DNA of 64,000 bases from Stylophora pistillata (taxonomy: Eukaryota), in the NCBI RefSeq assembly GCF_002571385.2, contig NW_019218266.1:8843-72842 (forward strand). Direction: 5' to 3'. A program made the translations under genes and the position numbers. Under the pieces are notes generated by a model, which saw nothing but the letters and a program-made list of their open reading frames with translations, did no database searches and was not told the origin of the DNA. This document shows positions 36,664 through 49,634 of the stretch, piece by piece (within the stretch, counting starts at the first letter, position 1; each line of letters begins with the position of its first letter).

Positions 36664-39048
36664 TATACACATTATCGATACAAGGCTTATAGTACCAAAC
36701 ATTTGATACTACATCTTATCTGAGATCAGGGAAAGGGAGCAGTAACAGTCCTGTTTCCAGGTTGGGATGACTGTGCTTTACCCTTTGAATCCAAAGAGAG
36801 ACTTACATTCAATACAGTATCAAGCAGATTAGCCATAAGAAAAATATCACATAGGTGATTATTAGTTGATCCAATACCAAATTCCCTGAGCTAATGTCAT
36901 AAACAGTAAGGGAAAATACAAATGAGATCTGGGAGTAGAAGGTTAACCCAGCCAGCAAGAGCCACCTGAAAGGCTACATATCCTCTTATTGGGTCAATTC
37001 AATTTATGATTCAGTGTATAAAAGGAAAAGAAAAAACAAAGGTAATTGACTTTGAAATTTATTTTTCATGTGTTTAAAATAAATGTTGAGTCAAGTGTAC
37101 CATTATTAAAAACTACTTTACCATCACTGAATATCGTGTATTGTATTTTCATGATGCAGCACAGAATCATAGCAAATAATAGACTTCTTCAGGAAAATAA
37201 CTGTGAAGGAGACTTCAAAAACACTTGTACAAATGAAAATAATGAAACATTACTTCATCTGTCTCATCCTCAACATATTTTCACTCCACTACCGTATATT
37301 AGAGAATAACACAGCACTTATATACTTGTTGCAGCACTGATTGATATTAAAATCTACTTCTTACCAAAATAAGTCTGTCCCCTTGCCGTATGAAGCTTTG
37401 CAAGTTATGGGAATTGTTGACTAATAAGAAATAATTGCACAATCAGATTGTTTTTTTTAACGCAGCCATTTTGGTTGATTTACATTCATACTCTCTTTGA
37501 CCAAAGGCATTTTGATTTGTGTTTGTTTTCATTACAGCTGGAATTTAAATATTGTCCACACAATTGCTGTGTTTAAGACTGTCAAAGGATAAAAAGCAAA
37601 TTATGATGTGTAATTTCAATAATGAACTGCAGATTCAGATTATCCAATGAATGCCCTCTTCACATAGAAAATGATTAAGCACCCAAAGAACAGATCATAA
37701 CTTTTCCAAATGTCTACCACCATCCACAAAAGTGGAAGCAGTACTTTCAGTTGATGTGAGGATTTGACATCGGAAATTAAATCCAAAATGACATCTCGAC
37801 AATTGTCAAAAATATCTGAACAATACTTTATTCCTGAAGTAAAATAAAAATAAAATGCAAGTTGAGATACATACAGGGGGCTACTTTCCCAGTAAAAGAA
37901 GAATACAGTATTGACAGATCTGTGTGTGTAAATAAAGATCTAACAGAAATTGCAAGCATTTCCACATTAGGTTACATTCTTGTTAACGAATGATTCTTCC
38001 CACATTATGGTACAAAAGACTGTAACCAGCCTAAAGATCCCCTTTAACTAATAATCAACATTTACCTCTTAATTGAATATCTGGTGATTTTTTATCTGGT
38101 GATTTATCACACTGCACAAAAATATCCTGTTTTCTTACAATAGCACTCATTACAGTTATAATCCCCAACCTAAAAAAACTTGTTCAAATTAACCCAGATA
38201 ACAGATTGAAGAACAAATTATATCTTGTGTTTGAAGCATAGCTGCTCTCCTCAAAACTGCAATATTTATAAAAAACCTAACTCCATAATTACTAATTAAA
38301 CAGAGCAAAATTCACCATTTTCTTTTCAAGGTAACTGACGAAAGCATTAAAAATATTTAACCTATTATTATTACAGTTGTTGTTAGTTATAACAGTATTT
38401 CACAAAAATAGGCTAGTGACAAAAATTAAAACTCAAACTACTCCTTTTAATTAATACTATTAGCATCAGCTAATAAACAAGACTTTTCCAATTATTTACA
38501 ATATACTAATTTCGTCAACTGTTTTAACAGCAACAATGTTTACCCCAAGTGTTTGTGCTGGAAACCATGTGCAGCAACTACTGATTCTTTACACTTTTAT
38601 TACATTCCTTCTAAGTTAGATTGAATATACAGAATATCTTCCATGTACTTGACATGGAATGATATATATTAAGTAATGTGTTGAGTCAGCACTTCAGGCA
38701 AATACCAAATACAGATACTCTCATATTTGCAACCTGCTTCAATCTGATAGTTTGACTTCCTTAAAAAAGTCAGTCCTCACACTTACAATCTTTAAAAGGG
38801 GTAAATTGATGTGCAAACAATCTTGTATATTCAATATTTCTGCCTCTCTCCCCATTGTTTGTACAACTTACTTCTTAAGTCATGCTTTAATTGTTAAATT
38901 TACAGGTGAATGCTGACTAATCATGGTGAAAAGCTGCAAATCCATCCATCAACTGCTCCCCTGAAATCCGAGGTTTGTGCTCAGCACCTTGGATTGCAGT
39001 GGCAGTAGAGGCTGCTATCTTGTATAGCAAAAGTACACAAACACAACA

Positions 39049-42000
39049 TCATACTGTGACTTCATGGCTGCCACTTATTGTTCTTCCATTTACACTAGAC
39101 TTGACATAAGTTGCTGAAACACGTGGAGGAGCTGTATTCACAGGAACAGATCTACCATCTTGGTGTCTTGTCTGATGGTTATTTCTGTCTCTGCCATCTT
39201 TGCTGTCATCCTAAAAATATTAATCAATAGGTTATTCAACACTGATCAATACAATAAATTGACAACAATCTGGTGTTTCTCTCCACACATTCACCTGTCA
39301 TGCCTTTTGGTAATTAGTATGCTTAATCTCAAATAAAGTCACCCTAAATGTAACCCTTTCACTTTCAAGCAAAGAAAACAAATTTTCAGACAACACCACA
39401 TATCTTCAAAATTTGGTTTGAAATCCAAACAGAATCCTTCTATGAAAAACTTGCATAATTCCAGTAACTAGGGCTTCCAACAAGGTGAGCTGGAGAATTC
39501 AATCAAAAGTACAAAATCCCTAACATCCTGTACGTTCCTGCACAATACTCTTGCAACATGTTTAAGTTTCTACTGCTTTCTGAGTTTCTAGGACAACTTA
39601 AACCATGCAGATCAACACGAGGTATTCCCTGGTTTGTAATGAACAGCGGGGTGATTTTCTGAAGTGCAGTCATTTTCCACATAAGGCTCTATGCACAAAA
39701 GTTATAATTTTTTCCCAGACTCTGGCAAGAGCCCTTCATTACAAGTGCCTTTAAGCTTTACACCCAAACATCACTATGCATAATTTCCATGCTGTTCTCT
39801 TTACATTTCTCATGGTACTGAAAGGGAGAATTCGTTTAATGAAACAATTGGAAGCTTCTTGTAATCATTTCCTTAATTCTGATCACCTTAAAAGATTGAT
39901 TGAATAGTAACAGTGTAAAAAAATTGGATGCTTAGGTTATCAAATCTAGGGATTCAAATATAGAATAGCCTGTGCAGTTCACTGTGTTGGTATACCTGTG
40001 ACTTTTGATTGGAGTGATTACTCGTCACCTCAACTTTAACTTCACCTAACTCAATATCAACATATTTGTTTGCATCTTTTTCTTTCTCTTTTTTCTTCTC
40101 TATTCTTGTTTTGTTCTTGGTAGTTTCCTTGGCTATATTTTCCATATAACCAATATATCTAAAAAATACAAAAAAATTGTAAAGATATTAACTATAAAGT
40201 AAATCTTCATCAGAGGTGAACTTCCCCAATTTGGGGCTGACAACATGGATGGAGGCAACCACAGCCACAGAGGATAGAACAGCTTGGAGAGAAAGAGGGA
40301 GACACCCTTTATTCCACAAGGAGAGAAGGAAAGAACAAAGATAATAACTTAGAATTTTCCTTCAAAAATAATGTGGGTAATGTACTCTTGACAACCCTGG
40401 TTACAACCAGCCACCAGATGGAGAACTACTCACATGTTAAATGTTGAAAATCCTGCAATAAACTATGAGCCAGTAGTTTTCTACAAGCAACAGCTTTTGA
40501 TGAACCTTTTACACCCTAATATCAGTATGTATATTTTCCACCCTGTTCTCTGTACAGAGAATTACTGATGAGATGATGGGAGTGAAAGGGTTAAGTATTG
40601 TTTAACTGCACTTCATGAACTAAAAAAAATTTTAAGCTCTTAAGAGTTGAAAACAGTATGCATATGAAAAATTGACCCGAAAACTCCTTACTTTGCATAC
40701 TGAGAAGAACAAAGTGTCACCAAGCAGTTTTTCTTGCAGCCTTTATCAAAAGGATTGTGGCCACTACGAAACTTCCCTGTTACCTAAAAAAAATTAAATA
40801 GACAACAAGAGGTTACTTCAATTTCTTATGAAATGAATTACAAATGAATAGTTTATTTGAACAACAGCTACTACTATTTACTAGGGTATCCAGACTTTGC
40901 ATGTCTTACTGCTCCTGGGAAAAAAATAGCATCAACTGAAACATAATTTTTAACACTTTTAATATGTTGGACAATTATACTTTCAAGGAATTTCAGCATA
41001 TAAATTTTAATTTTTCAAGGACAACATCAATATAAATTCAAAATGACTATTCAAAAAATTATTAACTTTTAATTAGCCAAAATATATATGCTTTAAAACA
41101 GATAATCACATGGTTCATGTGTCTATTGTAAATTAAGAAAATAATCCCACCTGCCTTTTTTTATTTTGGCGATTTCCTTAAATTTGATGCTTGGAAATCA
41201 TTAGAAATAAAAAAAAAAGCAAGTAAAATGATTCCCTGATTCCCTTTATCACCATTCATTTACACTTATAAATACATCATTAGACTTTTAATTTCCTTAG
41301 TTATTACCTGTTCATTAGTTGTACGTCCCATGGCAACCAGTCCAATGTGGAACACAGTTAATCCAACCACTGGAATAGACGTCAGTCCACACACCACCAT
41401 AATAGCTATTCTGTGTCAGAAGTTAAGGTGGCTAACATACGCAACACCCACAAACATAGCAATGACTTGAACACTGCAAAAATGTTGGTTTTTTTTGTAA
41501 TTATTGGTTTATACCATTACAGAAAAAAAGATATCAGTAAGAATTTATTTCAGGTTAAGGATACGCCACTGCTGCTTCCCTTAAGTTGTCTTTTTTCTCA
41601 AGAATAAATATCAAAGAGAAGACAAATACAGATATAATGTGAATAGACAGAGAAAACACAAAGAAAAAGAAATATCTATAATTTCTCCTGCCAATGCAGT
41701 TATCTACCCAAGGACAATGATGATCAAAATTCTGCAAAGAGAAAAAGAAAAATAAGTCTTATCAATACGTAATTCACTGGAATTGTTACCAGACCTAGAC
41801 TTTGGCTACTCAAACTTATTCTTTAACCTTTCACCCACAAGATACTATTGGGCAATTTTCCTTACTGTCTGCCATACAACTCTTGTGATGCTACTTCTAA
41901 GAAATTAGTGTTGGATCAACTAACAATCCCCTAATTGATATCTCGCTTTCCTCTCATCACTTTTCTGTTTGATATTGTATTGATACTGTCAGGAGAAATT

Positions 42001-44371
42001 CTGTCTTGATCACTCATGGGAGTCAAAGTTTACCAAAGTGAAGCAAATGTAGCAAATCTAGGAGAATGACGAACTCCACCAGCAATGTTATTGAAACCAG
42101 GGCTCGACACTAACTTTTCAACTTACTACCCTTTCCTCCTTTCAATAGTGGCCTTTACAAAACTGTGCTTTTGACAGTTCAGTCTTAAGTGAAGTGAAGC
42201 AAATAATTTCAGGTTGTGTAAATTGGTGGAGATAAGTAATAATGTTAATGATAATAAACCCTCACCTCAATACAATTATTGCAAATGCTACAATGGGAAC
42301 ATCGTGGTGGTCTGTAAAACTTGCAAGTGTCACACCATTTCATGCGAACGGTAATACCATTTATATCAACATTCTTATATAAAGGAGCTCTGAAGTCATC
42401 CTCTTGCTCAGAAGTTGATGTTTCTTCTGCAAAGCAAATATCATATCTGTGCTACAGATAAGCAACACCAGTACTTAACCTAACTGTTTAATGTCAACCA
42501 AAGTTTTACCAGTTTTACCCACAACCTTGCTATACTGCTGGACAATTATGAGGCATTTTTCTGTTTTCTCTAAGGTCTTACGTTTTTCAATACCCTTAGT
42601 TGCAAAATTAAAAACACTCCAATTCTAGCATCCTTCAATAACAAATCGAATATTTCTCAATCAACAATTAATTCTTCCTTTCTTTTTTTATTATTTTCCA
42701 CCTTGATTCAAATCTAACTTCACACCTATGCATAGTTTTTTTATGGTAATAAATTAGTACAACTTTTATCCTTTTAGGAGGAAACTTAACCTTATATAAA
42801 CCTCATGGGTTCATTTTGGTTTCCTCACCAAACACATTGTCGTAATGAACCTAACTTATTGCACTTCCATATAAATTTTTATTGTGTGACAAATATATCA
42901 GTAAATAAATAAAAATACCTTACAACTATCTTTTAGACTCTTTGAAGACAATGTTGTACAGAAACAAGTCTACATGTTGACTTAATTACTCACTCCCTTA
43001 TAGAAGGTCACTTCTATTCATTTAATGGCACTTGCATATCAGAGCAAAAGGTTGTTTGATTAAATAACTAGAGGCAACAAATTTCAATTTTTTTGTTAAG
43101 ATAAAAAATAAACTTTCATTAGACAGTCATGAAGTACAAACCATAAACTGCCACGTATGTTGAAAATATAAACAAAGTAAAACAAATAAAACATTTTAAA
43201 CTAATGATGGTATAAGTAATGCCCAAATGTGTCTTTAAAAAGCATGATCATGAGTTTTAAATTTATTTTTATACAATTTTTTTGTTTGACACTAAATCTG
43301 TAAACAATATAACATAATATTTTAAGTACCAACGTCTGTCTCAAGAAAAACAAAACAGTTTAGAGATGTAGCATAATTTGTCTATATTCCATGATAAAAG
43401 TAAATTAATCCCTCTCATAGCTTGATCTCCATTACCGATTTAGCATAGCATTTCACTTCTTTGCCGCTGATATCTATTTTGGAGGAATTCAATTCATCAA
43501 AATATCACATTTCTCTTTTTTGTGACCTGCTTTATTGAGTTTGTCCTAACAATAACACGAGAATTTAGCAATAATCACTAATCGAGATTAAATGGTTAAG
43601 CCTTTAAAAGGCCATGGCGAATGTGGGCTGCGTTTGTCGGTATCGTTAACGTGTTTTTTCTTCTCAAGTTATATTGAGGTTTCCAAGAAATTCCGACAGC
43701 TGTTTTCTTAATCATTTAAAATAACGTTAAGCTTTTCTAAACAATTATGTCGAGCCTTTTTGAGCAAGAAAAACGTAAGAAGGGACGGGAAATAAAATAC
43801 ATGTTAGAAAACAGCTGCAGAGAACGTTTATTTTTCGCCGATTTCGGAAATTTACCCTAGAAGCAGTTACTGTTTTGAGTATAAACCTTTATTATATATG
43901 ACACTTAGTGAGAGGGCTGCTCACAAGCAAGTGTGAATAAATAATAATTGTAACGTTTTACCGTGGCCGTCTTTAGAGGCTTGCTGGTGAGCTTTAAGTT
44001 AAAAATTCACCATATCGCAAACTTACCTCTGGGAATTATGCCAGGGTCTCTGAGTGAAGCATTGGCAAAACTGGCTAAAACTATCAAAGTAAGGATTCCA
44101 TCGTAGACAGGGATGGCAATGGAGTATTCATCGGCCAAATGGGGGCATCTAAAAAGGATAAAATAAAACTCGTCAACAACTGAAATCCTCCAAGGCTAAG
44201 CGCTTCGGGTGGGCATGATCACAGCAAAAGCACTCGAAAAACCAACCCAGAAACCTTCAATTCTTACACGAACACGAAGAACAGAGTTGTGGTTCCGATG
44301 AGGAGCAATGCTGCACATAACAGTGGAATTTGTTGAGAAGAAAACTTCTTGCAAGGCCGAGAACGGGACAT
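39049..44371 (-). CDS. ZDHHC8: DHHC palmitoyltransferase, ZDHHC5/8 orthologue (~357 aa)
   Basis: Exons 44371-44268, 44148-44027, 42426-42266, 41731-41565, 41410-41308, 40783-40692, 40158-39996, 39210-39049. Motifs [62 protein letters not shown]-terminus HEVTV. Confidence 0.92.
41411..41564 (-). other. U12-type (minor spliceosome) GT-AG intron
   Basis: 5' site GTATCCTT (41564-41557). Branch site CCTTAAC (41428-41422) 11 nt before the exon. No polypyrimidine tract. Frame preserved. Confidence 0.9.
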
Positions 44372-44587
44372 CTTCTTCCTTCCCTTTTCTCGGCCCTGAT
44401 CTGGGAATTATTTTTTGGAAGAAAACCCAAGCCGATTGAACTGAGCATGCGCAAATTCCTACTTTCGATCAGCGGTGTTTCTAGAAAACCAATATGAGCC
44501 CCGAAGCAGATGCTGATGTTTTGTGGCAAGAATTTCTCCGGAAATTATAATTTTAAGAGGTTTTGAAAAACAGGAATTTCTTTTCGA

Positions 44588-46602
44588 ATGAATTCAGCAG
44601 GAGATAATGAGGATTTGAAAAGTTTCCGTCAGGAATGGATGCAAGAACTCGGCAAAAAACAACATGTACAAGTTGACAAGGTGAATCTGGAAAAATGTCA
44701 AAATTTAACACAGGGTAACACTGAGAAATCGTTTCTTGGTTTCAAAGAAGAAATATGTCAGTTTCATCCTGTAGGATGCTTCACGGATAACTCCTACTCT
44801 TTAACATTTCCTGAGACGACAGAAGAAAAATTATCTGTCAGTGTTAACAACGATATTGTTCTTTTGAACTTACCAGAACCTCAAACTGAGGTTGTTTCCA
44901 ATGATTCACCGAGCGACTTACAAATACAACAAAAATTGTCTTCTGAAAAACTTTATAAAAGGAAGAAGAGTCTTCTAGATCAACTGATAGAAGACATAGA
45001 TGAAATTACTAGTATTCCTTTCTTTGATTTGAGCTTACCCAAAGAAGTGGGATTACAGATTTTCACTGACTTAGAAATCAAAGACCTTTGTGGCTGTGCT
45101 CAGGTTAGTAAGGCCTGGAAAATTCTGGCAGAGGATGAACTGATATGGTACAACATAGCTTGCAGACGAGGTTATATTCAAAAGAGAGACTCTGCCACTA
45201 TAGACAGAACAAACTGGAAAAGATTTGTGCGAGATAGCATTTTAGACGAAAGAGAATTGAGAAGGAACTGGAAGGAAAGAATTTGTAAATTGTCCAGTTT
45301 GGAATTTGAAAGAGGTTTGCTGGCAATTAGCTTTTATTTCTTACAAAGGCAGTACTTGTTTCCTCATCTTCCACCTTCTACAGTGAAGAAATTGTGTTAA
45401 TAGCTTTCATGTTTGATTTAGGAAGGATTAAAATGGATGAAAAGTGGTGAGGGGAGGGTAAAGATTAAAATATTTTTCCTCTCATTCCCCTCCCCCCTTT
45501 TTCCAGTTGTCTGAAGAAGAAGAAAAAAAGGTGGGGAGGGAGGCAGCAAAGACAAAAATACCAGGTACCTTATTGTCCCTTCTCCTCCTCATCTTTCTCT
45601 CTGCTTGAAGTGGACAGAGACATGAAAGGAGGTCAGTAAAGACACAAGTATTTTTCTTTTCCCTCCTCTTCCCCCTTACTCCACCTTCTTTTTACTTGAA
45701 TGGCATAGACCGGGAAGGGGGCTGGTAAAGTGGAAATGTACCTTTTCTTCTCTATCCCCCTGACTCCCCTCCTCTTTAGTCTTTCTCACCCTCCTACCCT
45801 TGGCAGATGTTTCTTTGTCTCCCAAACTTTTGCCAACTTGAAAAACTAAGATGGTGTTTTCAAATGCTTGCACTGAATTCTTGCTTGCTGGAATATGTCT
45901 GACCTGGACCCAATTTTCAACATTAACCTTTAGTGCCTACCCAAAATGTTGAACTTCAGGTCTTGAATTGTTCCTTATGGCAAATCCAATCACAGTGATA
46001 AAAATGTAGGTATTCATAATTTATTGGTTTTTATCACACCACATGCCTTATCCCTATTGTTGGGATAGCAACACACAAGAGTCTTATGTACATTGACATA
46101 AGATATTCCCAAGACTCAAATTATTATTAAGCAATAAAACTTCCACCAGTGGACATCTTGTACATCCAGGCTGCTGTAGGTGGACATCAAGTATCAGCTC
46201 CATTCACTTCAGTTCCTTAATATGTGATTATCTTTCCATAAATCAACACATTTCCTAAGCAACCATTTTTCTGAGTTATCAGATGACTTCTGTAATGTAG
46301 TATCATTTCTAACCAAGCAAATATCATCCTTGCTTGTTTTTTTTTCCGCACAGGTGGAGGTCTCTGTGCCGTGTCTGTCCATGGGAATTTGATATGCTCA
46401 GGATACTCAAATGGTGCAGTTGTTCTCTGGGAAGGGTATGCTGAAAATGTGTCAAGTTACAGAGAACTGATCTCCTCTGATTCTGTGAACTTGCAAAGAC
46501 AGAGAGTGCATGTTACGTCCACTACCATCAACAGCATGTTGTGTGTTGCTGGGTTTGACAATGGTATCACATCTTCAGCTAATTAACAATTATTCCACGA
46601 GT

Positions 46603-46643
<41 letters not shown>

Positions 46644-49169
46644 AGCGCCTCGTTGGCTATAATCATCTCATATCCAACAAGTGCGAGTGGAATAATTGCT
46701 TTATTAAAAAGGCCCGCAAGAAATTATTTTGTGAGAAGAAACCGGATTTTTTAGCTCCCTTTTGATTTTAAGCTGATGCGTACGCTTACCATATTTGTAT
46801 ATTATGGTATATTGACTCATATACGATAATGGCTAAGCCACTAAAAAGTGTTGAATACCATTATCCAATGATCCAGTTTTTAATAATACTCCTTATTGAG
46901 AATTTAGTGATGTATTGAGTCAAATTACTTGTAACTCAAACACCTTTGAGCTACATGCAATAATTTTCTCTACTCTTCTTCACTACCTTGTGGTTGGGGT
47001 GAATGGAGGACTGCTCTTCTTTCCTTTGCAAAGTTTTTCACCTGTCTCTGTATTTCCTTTGATGCCACCCAAGAAGACTGTACTCAAAGCTTATATGTTG
47101 ATTAATTTGAAGCCTACTCTTTACTTTTAAACACCTCCATGTTAAGGGATAAAAGATAAAACGTGTTTACCACTGGAAATGCCCATTGGTTGCCCAGAGG
47201 GGAGGGGGAGGGGTTTCAAATTGATTGGTGTGCAATGTTTCATGAAGTAGAGAGATGTGCAACAATCCGATACTCCACTACTTTCAATTAATCAAATACC
47301 ATTTCCCACGGTACTAACTTACTGGTTTTCACATTTTGAATTTGTAGGTGATGTTTATGCATGGTCCCCTAGTTTGAGTTGTTCACCGTTGTGCCGTTTT
47401 GACTGTCATGGATCTGTGAAGAATGTTTCACTGGCCACAAGTGGTCCACTAGCATTTGTAGCCCTGTCAGATCATGAACTCAAGGTACATAACAGTGATG
47501 TCAATGGACAGTGGTCATGTGTAGAATCAAGAAATTATGAGGACAAGGTAAGTCAACCTTGAAACTATCAAACTTACCCCAGTACTGAAAGCATCTTGCA
47601 ATGCAACTCTGATGTTAACTTTTATAATTTCATCCACAGCTTGGCCATGCCATGTTTATTCCAAACTCTGCTTCACACTCATTGCCTGAACTTGTTGCTA
47701 TTGCAACTCAAGATACTGTGTCAGTCCTGGCACCTGGCAAAGGCTTTCTATCAACAATGGATCATGTGATTGGTGGAAAGTTAACTTGCATGGACTGTAC
47801 ATCTGATCAGCTTGTAATTGGTGTTGGTTCATATGGATATGGAACCCTTGGAAACAAAGTAATTTTGTCGGTATATCTATATCACAGTGTAGTTTAATAG
47901 TAACCATATAGACAAAGCCTATCAAAATGGTTAATGGATAGTGATTAATATGGCAAAACCAAACCAAAGAGTTGTTTATTAAAAGCACAAAAAAGGGAAC
48001 CAGAGTTCAAAAACTGAAAATAGGGGACATCCCTCAAAACTTTGAAAACCTTGGACAAGATAAATTATGGTTCAGATCATAATTAGCTTAGTTATAAACT
48101 CACAGGTTCAAAACATAAATTGTTTGCTAATACAGTTTTACTAATTTTTAGGTTTAGCATATGCCCTTGGTAATGGTCTATCCCTTGAAGAAACTAGAGG
48201 GAGGGTGGCCTATTAAATTGAAATGATCAAATTTCTCTCCAAGTGACTGAAAAACATGTGAAACAAACAAAAAACGCTTTAAATTTTCTGTTGTGGACCT
48301 CAAGTTTAGTGATTGAGTCATCTGTAACTCGCAGTATGTTGTCAGTTTTGCCCTAAGCTCTTCCTGGAGCATAGGCCATCTACAATTTTCTTCTCCACCT
48401 TGTCCTGTCCCGGGCAAGCTTTTCGCATGTGGTCCTGCTGTGACCCCAATATTGTTCGTCTCTGCCTGAACATCTTGCCGTCACTTGCTTATTTTTCACA
48501 AACACGTAGTATTTTCTTGTGAAGAAAAGTTCTCTGTGTATGTATACTTTGTCGCATTGTTAAGCTAACCGATTTTAATCCTTTCTCTCTGATTTTTAGG
48601 TGCGTGTTTACAGCCTGGAAACTTCAAAAATGATTTCCATTTTAGGATCTCATTATCGCGAGATCACTTGTCTAGATCTAGCCAATTGCCCACCACATCG
48701 TCTCGTGACTGGCAGCTACGATTGCAGGGTTCGTGTGTTTGACCTGCGCAGTGAAAAAATTGCGCATTCATTTCACTTGGGACACAAGCGAGCCGTCACT
48801 ACGGTGCAAATGGACGATTGGAAAGTGGTCAGCGGTGCAGAGGATGGAACGTTGGTGGTCTGGGATCAGCGAATGACGTCAACTTTGTGGACGACTCATG
48901 CGCGGCATCCTGTGAGACTTTGCAAATTTCAAGGTTCCCGGATGATCACGGCTAACATTCCACTGGATCAAACACCACGTGAGAATCTTTGGTATGCAGA
49001 TGATTTGATTCTTCATCGACGTCATCGAGGAATTATACGTACGTTTGACTTTTCGGCGAGCAATGCTACTGAGGGAATCCCAGAAATTTGCTCTTCAAAT
49101 TACGACGACACCAGTGGTTACAACTATAATATTAAACTGAGCGTGCCATACGACAGAATAGAGGTGTAA
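44588..49169 (+). CDS. FBXW8: F-box/WD repeat protein 8 (~641 aa)
   Basis: Exons 44588-45314, 46354-46563, 47348-47547, 47640-47858, 48600-49169. Motifs LKSFRQEW, LLDQLIEDIDE..PFFDLSLPKE..CAQVSKAWKILAEDELIW (F-box), VQMDDWKVVSG, HRRHRG, PYD tail. Confidence 0.9.
46580..46887. repeat. Hairpin-headed interspersed repeat (second copy 35741-36663)
   Basis: About 110-bp hairpin 46588-46697 with perfect core tagccaacgaggcgc-gta-gcgcctcgttggcta. Tail taatggctaagcca..cattatccaatgatccagtttttaataa shared with the 35.7-36.7 kb copy. Confidence 0.8.
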
Positions 49170-49555
49170 GGCTTTGAAAAGAATGTGCATTTCCTATGGA
49201 CATAAGAACATAGTCCTCTAGTTAAGCTCTCTCTGGATTTGCAAACCCCTTTTTGTAGTGGTTGCATATCACTTTTGTATCACTCGAATTGCAAAGCAAT
49301 TCCTAAAAGCTACCACTACTCTGTAAGTCAATAGGAATCAGTGAAAAGTCAATGGGCTGAAGACTGGTGTTTCTTCGGCTTCAATTTTGCCATGCTCTGG
49401 TTGAGTGGCGGTGGAAAATTCTCCCATCGAAACATCTTACCTATCGAAGCTACCTTTATTCCAGACTGTACTCCAATGGCATGTGCAACACGACTGAATA
49501 CCCTATCTTACTGATAGTGACATGCTACACAATGTTTATGTTACCGGCCGCGGAA

Positions 49556-49634
49556 TAGCCTGCGAACAGTTTCCCAGCTTGGAGGGCTTTCCCCTGCTTC
49601 GCGCCCTCCAAGCCGGGAGCCTGTTCGCAGGCTA
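49556..49634. mobile_element. 79-bp palindromic MITE with 9-bp TSD
   Basis: Perfect 14-bp TIRs tagcctgcgaacag / ctgttcgcaggcta. gccgcggaa duplicated at 49547-49555 and 49635-49643. Confidence 0.88.

Noticed and set aside
39500-39690. Alternative terminal exon of ZDHHC5/8 ([10 protein letters not shown]..)
   Set aside because: The frame is open, but the acceptor is weak and there is no recognisable homology. The 39210-39049 exon supplies the conserved terminus.
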